IMG/VR virus record: IMGVR_UViG_3300042868_007959
Span: 189,880-253,879 of that record
Length of the DNA stretch: 64,000 bases
Reading direction: 5' to 3' (one strand)
Position numbers and translations under genes: made by a program. Of the stretch, positions 8,195 to 17,943 are shown piece after piece (position 1 is the stretch's first letter; each line of letters begins with the position of its first letter). The notes beneath the pieces are model-generated. The model was not told the origin of the DNA. It searched no databases and saw only the letters and a program-made list of their open reading frames with translations.

Positions 8195-11044
8195 TTAAAT
8201 GTTATCAAAACTAGCACCTGTGTTAGTGATATTAAATTCTATCGAAATAAATTCTAATGATCTAGTTGGTTTGATAAATATTCTTCCGTTTAATTCGTTT
8301 CTGTCAATAGATTCTGGTGTATCATCTAATGTTACTCTAAAATCAGTTAACCCTCTTTCTTTTCTGATATTATCTAATATTGGATTAACTAAACTTAAGA
8401 ACTGATTTCTTACAACATCATCATTTTGTTCAAACAACAATCTGATAGATACTGCGGATATAAGTTTTCTAGCTTGTAGTAACAATCTTCTAACGTTAAT
8501 TCTGTTAAGAGCACTTTCTCTAACTTGTAATGTTTTATTACCAAAGATAACAACCCCTACATCAGAGAATGTCGCCATAGGATTAATTCTACCTTCATAT
8601 AAATTATCTCTTTCGTCTAATTTAAGTTTAACTCTAGCTTTAATTGCGGTAGTTGTACCTCTATTTAAACCTGCTGCTGCGAACCAAGGGAATGCAACAT
8701 TATCAGTCAATGCGATGTTTCTTACAACTTCTACAGTTGGTGGTAACCAAACATATCTATTATTTTCTGAATCATTCATTTGTAACCAAGGCCAATATGT
8801 AGCGGAATAATTAGAATCTATTCCTGAATCTTCTACAACACTAACTGCCTCTTCCGCTGACAATACAACCCCATCCACATCTACGTCAGGTGTGGTAATT
8901 ATATATAGTGAATCCGCTCTATCAGTTTCAACCATATCAACTGCATTTTCAATTAAACTTGTATTATCTCTCAAATCAATACCAGGTGTTGCAAATACAT
9001 TTATATTTACCGCTTCTGGATTATTAAATGTGTAAATACCATTTAAAAATGCGTAATAATCAGAAGTTATTCCGTCATCACCTTCACTAGTGACAAATGT
9101 ATTAAATATTCCTTTACTTAAACCTAAAATTCCTTTAGTTCCGTTTTTAACGTAATTATCACCATTAGTTCTTTTAGTTCTATATTCGTCCCATCCGTCC
9201 CATCCACCGTAAGGTGCGAAAGTGAATTTTCTAGACGCTATCTTTTCATATGGTCCACCTACTAATGATAAGTCAGTTGTAAATGCTGATATACCAACTT
9301 GTAAAGTAGGTACATAACTTACACTACCTAAATCTATTAAAGAACCAGTTGCGTTCACATCTAAATGGAAACCATCCGTTCTACCTGTATATATACCGTC
9401 ATTAACTGCATTTAATCCCTTATAATCAAAGAAATCTTGATCCACTCCAATATCACTATTTAAACCTAAGTAAGTTTTTCTTAATTTAGATGTATTGAAA
9501 TCTGAGTATTTAGTTTTATATTCTATTTTTGGTGGTAACGCAGTTCTATTAGAACCAACATATGTTCTATTTAACACACCCTCAAATCCTGATGGGAAAT
9601 GGTTACCTAAATCTGGATCGTTTCCGTCCCATAATTCAACCATAACACATTTACTTCTTAATGGAAATTCACCATCAATTGTACCAATTTTTCTTCCTAT
9701 AAATCCAATAGAATTACTATCCATAGATAAAGAAGAATATTTCTCTATTACATTAGGGTTAGCGTCTGTATCGTTAAAACTTCTAATTAACAAATCAAAT
9801 GTTTTATTATCAGGTTGAATGTTTATAATAGAGAACTTAATATCTTGATTTGCAGCATTACCGTCAGATATTGTTACAAACCTAAATAACCTTTGTAATG
9901 TTGACCCTACACCGATACCTTTAACTTCCGAAAGAACCCAAGGAGATAATGCAGTTTTCCAACCCTCTAAATAATTATTAAGGTTATTTGTAATTGTCCC
10001 ACCTATTTCTACAAATGATGTATCTAAACCTCTAACTTTACCTGCACTAATCAAATCTTCCAATACATTAGTATAGATTTCTTCTACCCATAATTCAGTT
10101 TCCTTATCTTGTGTAGATTGACCGAATACTCTAGGTAAGAAATTCTTTTTAGTTCTATCCATAGAAACTTCATAGTTAAAGTTTACCCCATTGAATGTGG
10201 TACCAGTAATATTAAATGAAGCCAATGAGTTTGATGGTAATAATGATGTATTAGTCATTATTGTGTCAGTGGCACCTGTTACATCATATGTTAATGTTTC
10301 TGTCCCATCATAAGATCCTCTCGATCTTAAAGTAGCAATTACACTACCATCTATATCTGTATAACAAGTTGCAGTATAACTAACAACTGTACCACTTGTA
10401 GTTCCTGTTACAAATCCTGTAGAACCACTCCCTTTTGTAAGGACTGTCATATCAAATGTTGCCCCACTGAAATTACAACCATTTTTAACATAATATGGTG
10501 TAGTTACATTAATTGTGTCACCAGTACTTAATAAACCTACTGATGTAAATAACCCATTAATTTGTCCATCCGCATATAATGCAGTTAAATTAGGATCATT
10601 AAATGTAATAGTAACAGGTAATCCCGCAGTAGTTGCAGAATATGTTAATAGTAATGGGTAACTTGTTGTATTTGTAATACCAGTTGTAGTTGGATCCTCT
10701 GAAGAATCTAGTGTGATAGACCACGCATTACCAGCTTTATATCCTGATAAACCTAAAACTCTACTAACATATAATTGATTAGTTTGAGATAGGAACGATT
10801 TTGCGATGTAATTTAATTCATATTTGTTAAAACCATTAGCTTTATATTTTTCGGGGTTTAGTCCACCAAAATAACTAATGAATTCACCGTAATTAGAGAT
10901 GAATACAGGTTCAAAAGCTGGTCCTTTAGGTGTCTCACCTAATAGTCCCAACGTAGTAACCCCAACTTGTCTAGTTACGAATGTTAAGTCTTTTTCAGAT
11001 GTGAACACACCTGGACTCACAAAAATTCTGTCTGTTGATGCCAT
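8195..11044 (-). CDS. gp18: contractile tail sheath protein (T4 gp18-like)
   Basis: 949 aa; SPGVFTSEKD, GETPKGPAFEP, YWPWL, PWFAAAGLNRG, INPMATF, FGNKTLQ, RINVRRLL, FEQND, IKPTRSLEFISIEF. Confidence 0.95.
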   Translation of the reverse strand: MASTDRIFVSPGVFTSEKDLTFVTRQVGVTTLGLLGETPKGPAFEPVFISNYGEFISYFGGLNPEKYKANGFNKYELNYIAKSFLSQTNQLYVSRVLGLSGYKAGNAWSITLDSSEDPTTTGITNTTSYPLLLTYSATTAGLPVTITFNDPNLTALYADGQINGLFTSVGLLSTGDTINVTTPYYVKNGCNFSGATFDMTVLTKGSGSTGFVTGTTSGTVVSYTATCYTDIDGSVIATLRSRGSYDGTETLTYDVTGATDTIMTNTSLLPSNSLASFNITGTTFNGVNFNYEVSMDRTKKNFLPRVFGQSTQDKETELWVEEIYTNVLEDLISAGKVRGLDTSFVEIGGTITNNLNNYLEGWKTALSPWVLSEVKGIGVGSTLQRLFRFVTISDGNAANQDIKFSIINIQPDNKTFDLLIRSFNDTDANPNVIEKYSSLSMDSNSIGFIGRKIGTIDGEFPLRSKCVMVELWDGNDPDLGNHFPSGFEGVLNRTYVGSNRTALPPKIEYKTKYSDFNTSKLRKTYLGLNSDIGVDQDFFDYKGLNAVNDGIYTGRTDGFHLDVNATGSLIDLGSVSYVPTLQVGISAFTTDLSLVGGPYEKIASRKFTFAPYGGWDGWDEYRTKRTNGDNYVKNGTKGILGLSKGIFNTFVTSEGDDGITSDYYAFLNGIYTFNNPEAVNINVFATPGIDLRDNTSLIENAVDMVETDRADSLYIITTPDVDVDGVVLSAEEAVSVVEDSGIDSNYSATYWPWLQMNDSENNRYVWLPPTVEVVRNIALTDNVAFPWFAAAGLNRGTTTAIKARVKLKLDERDNLYEGRINPMATFSDVGVVIFGNKTLQVRESALNRINVRRLLLQARKLISAVSIRLLFEQNDDVVRNQFLSLVNPILDNIRKERGLTDFRVTLDDTPESIDRNELNGRIFIKPTRSLEFISIEFNITNTGASFDNI

Positions 11045-11075
11045 TTAATTTATTTTTTTTACTTATTATTAATTA

Positions 11076-11222
11076 ATTTCTTTAATTATAAATATGCGGT
11101 TTTTTATGAAAAAATATTTTTTGAGTTTGATAAAATAAATTTAGTATGAATTTTATCATACTTTTGTCATACTTATATATAAAAAGGAAATGAAGAGGGA
11201 TAAAAATTTAAAAATCACGCCT
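11076..11222. repeat. direct repeat copy 1 (late motif + operator + 5' end of RHH gene)
   Basis: identical to 13399..13534 except for an 11-bp extra TTTGTCATACT. Confidence 0.9.
11143..11173. promoter_or_regulatory. palindromic operator candidate with extra half-site
   Basis: AGTATGA-ATTTTA-TCATACT-TTTG-TCATACT just upstream of the RHH ORF. Confidence 0.55.
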
Positions 11223-11348
11223 CAAACGCATAAACTTCTAAAGGAATATTGTGAAAATAATGGACTTAAAATGTTTGCGTTTGTGGAGAAATTAATAAAA
11301 GAAAAGTGTAAACCAAAAACAGATTTATATGGTGATGAAATTAATTAA
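11190..11348 (+). CDS. ribbon-helix-helix (Arc/CopG-like) DNA-binding protein, copy 1 (not in ORF track)
   Basis: translated by hand: MKRDKNLKITPQTHKLLKEYCENNGLKMFAFVEKLIKEKCKPKTDLYGDEIN; beta(KNLKI)-helix-G-helix pattern. Confidence 0.7.
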   Translation: MKRDKNLKITPQTHKLLKEYCENNGLKMFAFVEKLIKEKCKPKTDLYGDEIN

Positions 11349-11364
11349 TAATCACCTTCACCTT

Positions 11365-11691
11365 TTAAATAATAGTTTTAATCTGATTATAAACAGTTAC
11401 TACGCCTTCACCATAAGAAGTATAGGAATCCATTTCAGTTTTAGTTTTATTTAATTCATTTAATTTTGTGCCGTCAGATAAAATATAAAAATTGGCTGAA
11501 TCCCATTTACCTTGAGTTGACACATCAATATCAATCCTATAAAGTAAATCATTAATCATAGCTTCAAAAATACCATCCATTAACTCTGTTAAATCATTTT
11601 GGTTATTTATGGTAAACGTACTTTCAGGTAAAGAATAAGTGTTAATAATTAAATTATTATATACTAGTTCTATGTTAAGATAATCATTCAT
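11365..11691 (-). CDS. hypothetical protein, possible fibre-associated chaperone
   Basis: 108-aa ORF immediately downstream of fibre-like gene 11697..13400. Confidence 0.5.
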   Translation of the reverse strand: MNDYLNIELVYNNLIINTYSLPESTFTINNQNDLTELMDGIFEAMINDLLYRIDIDVSTQGKWDSANFYILSDGTKLNELNKTKTEMDSYTSYGEGVVTVYNQIKTII

Positions 11692-11696
11692 TTTAA

Positions 11697-13400
11697 TTAA
11701 TTTTTAATAATCATTATATATAATTCACCCTGTCTATTAAGGGTTAAGTCGGAAGAAATTAAACCACTCATTGATATACCAGCAGAAGTATTCCTAAAAA
11801 TTGCTCTAACATCTAAAGTGTGGTTACCAACACTTAAATTTAATAGTGCCCCCATTGACCAAAGAGCACTCGTCCAACCAGCGTTTACGGTGTTTGGGTT
11901 AGTTGTTGTAATTCTTCTAAATGATCCGTTTGATAGTGGTCCAACACCATCCACCCATAACGCTATATCTACAGTAAAACTATTGCTCGAACCATTTGAA
12001 TTTTGCATACCACCTGATGTGAAAACATAAACTGAACAGTTATTAGGTACAGTTATTGTTTGTGTTAAACCAGGTATTAACTGATAACCAACAGTAGCGT
12101 TAGTCATCGTCAGTGTTGATGTACCATAAGAAGCATAAGTTGTTTGTCCTAATGTACCTACCCCAGCAACTAACTTACCTCCCGTATCGAATGATGCCAC
12201 TTGAGATGGTGTCCCCGATCTATTTGTTACAGTAACAGTAGATGCGGTAGTACTTTGTAACGAAGTATTTCCGTTAACAGTTAAATTTCCTGATACAGTT
12301 CCCCCACTTTTATCATACTTATTTGAAATATTAGTTTGAATTGTTTGAATAATAGTACAACCACTTAAAGTATCACAAGTTAAACCTTGTTGTGTCGGTA
12401 TTGTTGAAACCGCATATGAATAATGAGTGGACCCTTCCGTAACCAATGTTATTATATGTGCTTGATTACTCGTATTAGTTGCTCTAACTTTCGCAACTAT
12501 ACTATCACTAACCGTTAATGGTGTTCCACTAAAATAACCATCAGTAAGTTGCATTGATGGATTAGGTGAATTAGTCGTTACAGGTGTGGGGTCGGTTGCG
12601 AATAACAACGTTTCAGTCCCACCACTTGTTCTTTTATAAACCTCAACAAATATATTAAAAGATGCATTATTATTTTGTTTATAAGAATGTAAATAAAAAC
12701 TCCAAATACCTCCTGGTAATAATGTTCTGTTTAATGGATTTGTTTGAAAAGAGACAATTGTACCAGTTAAACCAGCATTAATTGTCACACCACTTGTTTG
12801 TTCAGACGCAGTGCTAGCAGTTGTACTCAAAAACCTATACCCATTTTTTGGTTGTGATAAGTTTAAGTAAAAAGTTTGACCTCCACCACCACCTCCCGTT
12901 GAGCCAGTAAAATTAATACCAAAATTTGGATATGTTCCATTCACACTTATATTCGTTCCACCTGTTATAGTTACCGTTTGGTCAGGTGATGTATTTACGA
13001 TGGTTACAAGACCGTTAGTTGTGTTTGCAGAAATTCCTGTTCCACCTGTTACACCACTTACAGGTAAATTAAAATATGTTGTAGCCGATATTGTTGTTGC
13101 GGTTAATCCATTCGTAAATGTTGTTGGTCCTGTTACAGTTCCACCACTAAACAATGTATCGGCATAATTAGGTACATTTAAATTATTACCTATATATGTA
13201 GATGGTCCTGAAGTTCCTGATGTGGTTAGAACTAATGATCCACCACCACCTCCTATTGCATTCGCAAGTTGTTGTACTGTTCCCTTATATGATGATCCAT
13301 ATGGATTTTGCGATGTATCACCAGTATTAACTATGTGAATTAAATCATTTAAACCTATACTACTAGCAATTAATCTATCGGTTAATCTTTGTTTACTCAT
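11697..13400 (-). CDS. tail fibre/appendage-like protein
   Basis: 567 aa, G/T/S-rich; YDKSGGTVSGNLTVNG fibre motif; C-terminal beta-sandwich-like LSVGNHTLDVR; ATATTTAT upstream. Confidence 0.65.
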   Translation of the reverse strand: MSKQRLTDRLIASSIGLNDLIHIVNTGDTSQNPYGSSYKGTVQQLANAIGGGGGSLVLTTSGTSGPSTYIGNNLNVPNYADTLFSGGTVTGPTTFTNGLTATTISATTYFNLPVSGVTGGTGISANTTNGLVTIVNTSPDQTVTITGGTNISVNGTYPNFGINFTGSTGGGGGGQTFYLNLSQPKNGYRFLSTTASTASEQTSGVTINAGLTGTIVSFQTNPLNRTLLPGGIWSFYLHSYKQNNNASFNIFVEVYKRTSGGTETLLFATDPTPVTTNSPNPSMQLTDGYFSGTPLTVSDSIVAKVRATNTSNQAHIITLVTEGSTHYSYAVSTIPTQQGLTCDTLSGCTIIQTIQTNISNKYDKSGGTVSGNLTVNGNTSLQSTTASTVTVTNRSGTPSQVASFDTGGKLVAGVGTLGQTTYASYGTSTLTMTNATVGYQLIPGLTQTITVPNNCSVYVFTSGGMQNSNGSSNSFTVDIALWVDGVGPLSNGSFRRITTTNPNTVNAGWTSALWSMGALLNLSVGNHTLDVRAIFRNTSAGISMSGLISSDLTLNRQGELYIMIIKN

Positions 13401-13534
13401 TTCTTTAATTATAAATATGCGGTTTTTTATGAAAAAATATTTTTTGAGTTTGATAAAATAAATTTAGTATGAATTTTATCATACTTATATATAAAAAGGA
13501 AATGAAGAGGGATAAAAATTTAAAAATCACGCCT
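13399..13534. repeat. direct repeat copy 2
   Basis: matches 11076..11222; palindrome AGTATGA-N6-TCATACT at 13466..13485. Confidence 0.9.
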
Positions 13535-13651
13535 AACACTCACAAATTACTTAAAGATTATTGTGAGGAAAATGGACTTAAGATGTTCTCTTTTGTTGAG
13601 AAATTAATAAAGGAAAAGTGTATTAAACCTAAAGATATTTATGGTGAATGA
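13502..13651 (+). CDS. ribbon-helix-helix DNA-binding protein, copy 2
   Basis: MKRDKNLKITPNTHKLLKDYCEENGLKMFSFVEKLIKEKCIKPKDIYGE; start set by comparison with copy 1. Confidence 0.7.
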   Translation: MKRDKNLKITPNTHKLLKDYCEENGLKMFSFVEKLIKEKCIKPKDIYGE

Positions 13652-13657
13652 AAATCC

Positions 13658-14917
13658 CTAATATAGAGTCCAACCCTGTAAACTACTAATAGACATCTCC
13701 ACTGAAGATGCAGTGGCACCATTAGTTCTTCCTGCCCAAAATGAAAGTAGTGTAGTATTTGATGGTAGGTTTGTTGTTATAGTTCCACTTTCTTGACCCA
13801 ATTGAGTTGTACCGCTAATAGAAGTTATTCTCCATTGTACTGTTGATCCACCAAATGCATTATATAATTCCAAAGAATAGAATTTTGTATTGGCAGCACC
13901 TGCAGTTCTATTAGATGGGAAATTAGTCGCATTTAATGGTATTTTAGTTGCGACACCACTTCCGTCATTATGGAAAATACTCATAAAAGAATCTGCTGGT
14001 GCGGAACCGACACCAATAATATTTAATAATGAACTTACTGCACTTGCACCTATAAGTGTATCATTTAAAGTACCTGATAAACCTGCAAAAAGAAATGAGT
14101 TTGAATTATAAGTAGATTCTGTACCAAAAGTGAAATTTAAAATTGTATAAAAACCTGTTCCCAAACAAAAATCGGTTGGTGATGCCCCTGCCGAATTTGC
14201 ACCTCTATATCCACAAGTTGAGTTTGACGATACGTTACTATTAAAACGACAACGTGGTATTTTTATGGTGCTTGATCCTGCTAAAAAAACAGTTGTTGGT
14301 GTACCCATTGCTACACCTGTTGCTAATCCTGAAACATATACAGTTGTTGTATTAAAACCAAAAGTATAATATCTATCAATATTATAAGCTTGTGGTGTTG
14401 TAAGTGAACCATAAGATGAATTAAAAGAAGTAGGTAAATTTACATATGTAGTTGCAGATATTGTAGAAAAACCACCATAACCATCTGCCCTAATAAAAGC
14501 CGTTTCAGATGATGTGTTATTTTCAACTATTATATTTTTATCCGTATTACTTCCAGTCCCCCCTTTAAATTGGACACCCCCTAATGTTGAGTTAGTGACA
14601 ATTTCTGGGTTTACTGAATTATTATATGCTTGTTGTAATGTTGTTGTTGATAATGGTAAATTTAAATAAGTTGTTGCGGATATTGTATTAGCCGTTAGAC
14701 CACCATTAATTACAAAATTACCAGTTACTGTATCACCTGTTCTATGTACTCTATCCCAACCAATAGGGATGATATCATTAGCGGTTGTACCTGACGTATA
14801 TAAAATAACATCTGAGGTATTTAATGCAATTTCACCTAATTTTATATCACCAGGTAATGGAATTTTACCTGGTACATTAGATCTTTTTAAAAGAAATGTA
14901 CTCTGTCTTTTAGCCAT
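13658..14917 (-). CDS. tail fibre-like protein with Mtd_N-like N-terminus
   Basis: LLKRSNVPGKIP...LGEIALNTSD N-terminal motif; ISATTY(L/V)NLP twice. Confidence 0.65.
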   Translation of the reverse strand: MAKRQSTFLLKRSNVPGKIPLPGDIKLGEIALNTSDVILYTSGTTANDIIPIGWDRVHRTGDTVTGNFVINGGLTANTISATTYLNLPLSTTTLQQAYNNSVNPEIVTNSTLGGVQFKGGTGSNTDKNIIVENNTSSETAFIRADGYGGFSTISATTYVNLPTSFNSSYGSLTTPQAYNIDRYYTFGFNTTTVYVSGLATGVAMGTPTTVFLAGSSTIKIPRCRFNSNVSSNSTCGYRGANSAGASPTDFCLGTGFYTILNFTFGTESTYNSNSFLFAGLSGTLNDTLIGASAVSSLLNIIGVGSAPADSFMSIFHNDGSGVATKIPLNATNFPSNRTAGAANTKFYSLELYNAFGGSTVQWRITSISGTTQLGQESGTITTNLPSNTTLLSFWAGRTNGATASSVEMSISSLQGWTLY

Positions 14918-14998
14918 ATTTATGACAATTTTTATAAATCCTAATTAAAGGTAATTAAAGCATATGTATGCTATTTTAATAAATATCATAAAAAATAA

Positions 14999-15023
14999 AA
15001 AAGGAAAGATTAACTTTCCTTTT
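14999..15023 (-). terminator. intrinsic terminator
   Basis: AAAAGGAAAG-ATTAA-CTTTCCTTTT. Confidence 0.65.
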
Positions 15024-15044
15024 ATCTTAATAAAGTATATATGA

Positions 15045-16262
15045 TTAATAAGAACCACCATCTAAAGTGTCAAATTCGGTAAGAACTCTAACACCTTTTA
15101 TACTACCTGCGGAACCGTTATCAGTAACACCCGTACTTCTTATAATTATATCATTTAATTGTGTAATCCACCCTCTATTAGAATATCCTGTTAAAGATGT
15201 ATATTCTGAAATATTAGGAACTTGTGTTGAGGTTAACCCAGTAAGATTTTGTAACCTAACAATATCAAAATTAACATCTCCATTAGAAACACCATTACCA
15301 TCTTGTATAGCAAAACCTGAATTAACAGATGTTAGTGTAGTACTACCAGTTGGGTTATAATTTAATGTTATATTAGGATCCTCAACATATAATTCACTTG
15401 TAAAAGCAGATATTGAAGGTCCAAATACTTTTAAACTACCTTGTATTGTAACATCACCTGAAGCCTCTATATTACCAACACCTAAAGTATTTGTACCATC
15501 TTCATATGTAAATTCACTTTCATCAACTAACAACCCACCACTACCAACATAAACAACTCTTCCTGATGTTAAATTACTAAATGATAATCCTGAAACAGTA
15601 TTAATTGATTCGGATAATGGTAATACACCACCATTTTGTTCAATACTTAATGTATTGGTTGCGGGATTATAAGTAAATCCTGTGACATATGTATCAGTAA
15701 AAGTGAGAGAAGATAAACTAACTGAATATGGTAAACCCCCATCATTTTTATAAAAATCAATTGAAGTAGTGCCACTATTATATGTACCACCCGTAGTAAA
15801 AGTATTTTCTGTAACTAAAATAAAAGGACCCCCAGACGGTGATATATTATATTCTAATTGTAGTGTTTGGTTATTGGAGTTATTTGTAGCCCCACTAGTT
15901 AAAGTTCCACCAGTAACATACGTACCTATTCCTTGAATCGATGATATATCTGCCAATACAAAACCATTTGTTGTACCTGAAAGAAATTTACCTATTAAAC
16001 CACTACCTGATTGATTTTCATATTTAGTTATTCTATTCCTAATTTTTAACTCATAAAGATTTGATCCTACTTCGAAGAAAGTTGCATTACCTCCCGTACC
16101 CGCTGGAGTCCATTCAGATGTGGATGATGTTACACCTGAGAACATCATTATACCATCCGCAGTGTTTACTATAGGTTCTCCTTTAAGTAATGTTGCCCCC
16201 GAAAAAGGTGCATTAGGGACAGTATTATTTTTTATTACTAATTTAGTCTGTCTATTTGCCAT
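15045..16262 (-). CDS. tail fibre-like structural protein (Mtd_N-like N-terminus)
   Basis: LLKGEPIVNTADG; VEDPNITLN fibre motif; C-terminal LDGGSY. Confidence 0.65.
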   Translation of the reverse strand: MANRQTKLVIKNNTVPNAPFSGATLLKGEPIVNTADGIMMFSGVTSSTSEWTPAGTGGNATFFEVGSNLYELKIRNRITKYENQSGSGLIGKFLSGTTNGFVLADISSIQGIGTYVTGGTLTSGATNNSNNQTLQLEYNISPSGGPFILVTENTFTTGGTYNSGTTSIDFYKNDGGLPYSVSLSSLTFTDTYVTGFTYNPATNTLSIEQNGGVLPLSESINTVSGLSFSNLTSGRVVYVGSGGLLVDESEFTYEDGTNTLGVGNIEASGDVTIQGSLKVFGPSISAFTSELYVEDPNITLNYNPTGSTTLTSVNSGFAIQDGNGVSNGDVNFDIVRLQNLTGLTSTQVPNISEYTSLTGYSNRGWITQLNDIIIRSTGVTDNGSAGSIKGVRVLTEFDTLDGGSY

Positions 16263-16293
16263 TTTTTATTTTTTTTATAAATATTTTATTTTT

Positions 16294-16914
16294 TTAATAA
16301 GTACCACCCATTAAAGTATCATTTTGTATTATAGAACTATCTGCAGTTATAATTCTTAATTCACTATTACTGTCTAAACCTAAATTTAATGTAGGTGTAG
16401 TTACACTAATAGATGAAGTCCAAACCGTAGAATTACCACTAACAGTATTTATTTCTCTAAATCTTTTTAAATGTGTACCGACATCAGATGTTCCGTCATT
16501 AGTAGGTGTTATATTCCCACCCACTTCAGTATTACCCGTCACCAATAAATCACCATTTATAGTAAAACCAGTAACTTTATTTATTGTTGCGGAAAATTCT
16601 GCATTATCACCTCTAGTGATAATAAAAGTATTTTTATCATCGTATTCAAAATCTATGACACCCGAAGCTCCAGAAATGATAGTATTTATATTCCTATATT
16701 GGACTAATCCCGTCAAATTATCAATAACTAATATACGATTAAGTGTGTTGTTATTAGATACGGAATTTAATTTTAATTGATCTTGAACAGTTACGGGGGA
16801 ACAACCATATATATTACTTGTCCATATACCTGTACACGCAGTAAGTGTCTCAAACTCATTTGTGTTTGTTACAATATAATTTTGTTTTATATTTGAATTA
16901 TCACAACTACTCAT
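16294..16914 (-). CDS. fibre-associated structural protein
   Basis: NITPTNDGTSDVGTHLKRFREI fibre motif; C-terminal LMGGTY. Confidence 0.55.
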   Translation of the reverse strand: MSSCDNSNIKQNYIVTNTNEFETLTACTGIWTSNIYGCSPVTVQDQLKLNSVSNNNTLNRILVIDNLTGLVQYRNINTIISGASGVIDFEYDDKNTFIITRGDNAEFSATINKVTGFTINGDLLVTGNTEVGGNITPTNDGTSDVGTHLKRFREINTVSGNSTVWTSSISVTTPTLNLGLDSNSELRIITADSSIIQNDTLMGGTY

Positions 16915-17942
16915 AGTATTATTCCACTTATTTCTACTTCTGAAGATTTACTAACATCAGTTTTATTAACCTTAATGTATAATTGATCTCCGTTATTTAC
17001 GGTAAATGGTAAAGTTACTATACTACCATTTTTCTTAAATAAAACTGAATTTGCATTTGTCACTGTTAAATCATTATACGTTGCAGATATATCTATTGGT
17101 ATTGTGACATTGTTTGTCCCTGATTTAAAAATAACATTTAAACATATCCCATTATTTTTAGTATCTAAATTAACTTGATACGATGCCCTATATAATTCTT
17201 CACTAATTTCGAAAAAATTTATTGCTCTACTTATTGCTGGTGTTACTATAAAATCATCTTCGTCTAATAAGTAACCTAACATTTTTATGGTAAATAGTTG
17301 AACATAATATTTCCTCTCATCTAAGTTTGATATCACACTCTCATCACCAATACTATCCATTATTAATGGTATTGGGTGACCGTTAACTTTAATATATTTT
17401 TCTAAAGATGAAAAAGAAGTTAACATTTTTCTATTCATAAAATTTAAATCCCTCATCCTATTACAAAATAATCTAACTTCATACAGAATATCAACTGATA
17501 CTGGTTGTGGAATTTTATAAATATCGAAACCATTTCTATTACCATCCCATGTCGGTATCTTCATATAAGTGAAGGTAGGTCTACCAGGTATATTAAATTT
17601 TCCCGCATAATTAGTACCTTGTTGTGCATCAGGTTTTCTTACTATGGTAATAAATGGTAGTTTTATATTTTTATCTATATCGGTAAATTGCCAAGTTTTA
17701 GAGAATTCCGCCCATCTTTGTGCACTTAAAAATAAAACAGGAACTTTTTCTCCCGCCAAACTTAAATCTATATCATTATTTACATAGTTAATCATTTCAC
17801 TATCCATATCTTCATGTAAAATACCTTTAGGGAGATAAGTTCCTTTATCGGCAATTTCATCAAGTATACTTTGTCTCTGCTCAAAACCTTGTTTATGAGG
17901 AGTTATGTTAACATATTTTTTATAATTTTTTGGTAAACCCAT
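16911..17942 (-). CDS. tail terminator / sheath stabiliser (T4 gp15-like)
   Basis: KVPVLF..QRW, LPFITIVR, PQPVSVDILYEV; located next to gp14-like gene. Confidence 0.65.
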   Translation of the reverse strand: MGLPKNYKKYVNITPHKQGFEQRQSILDEIADKGTYLPKGILHEDMDSEMINYVNNDIDLSLAGEKVPVLFLSAQRWAEFSKTWQFTDIDKNIKLPFITIVRKPDAQQGTNYAGKFNIPGRPTFTYMKIPTWDGNRNGFDIYKIPQPVSVDILYEVRLFCNRMRDLNFMNRKMLTSFSSLEKYIKVNGHPIPLIMDSIGDESVISNLDERKYYVQLFTIKMLGYLLDEDDFIVTPAISRAINFFEISEELYRASYQVNLDTKNNGICLNVIFKSGTNNVTIPIDISATYNDLTVTNANSVLFKKNGSIVTLPFTVNNGDQLYIKVNKTDVSKSSEVEISGIIL

Positions 17943-17943
17943 A

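Noticed and set aside
13469-13501. Track start for RHH copy 2 at 13469
   Set aside because: That ATG lies in the operator palindrome and is out of frame in copy 1; ATG 13502 matches copy 1.
13658-16262. Diversity-generating retroelement targeting Mtd_N-like fibres
   Set aside because: No reverse transcriptase and no TR/VR pair differing at adenines was seen in the window; the 11076/13399 repeats are not adenine-mutated.
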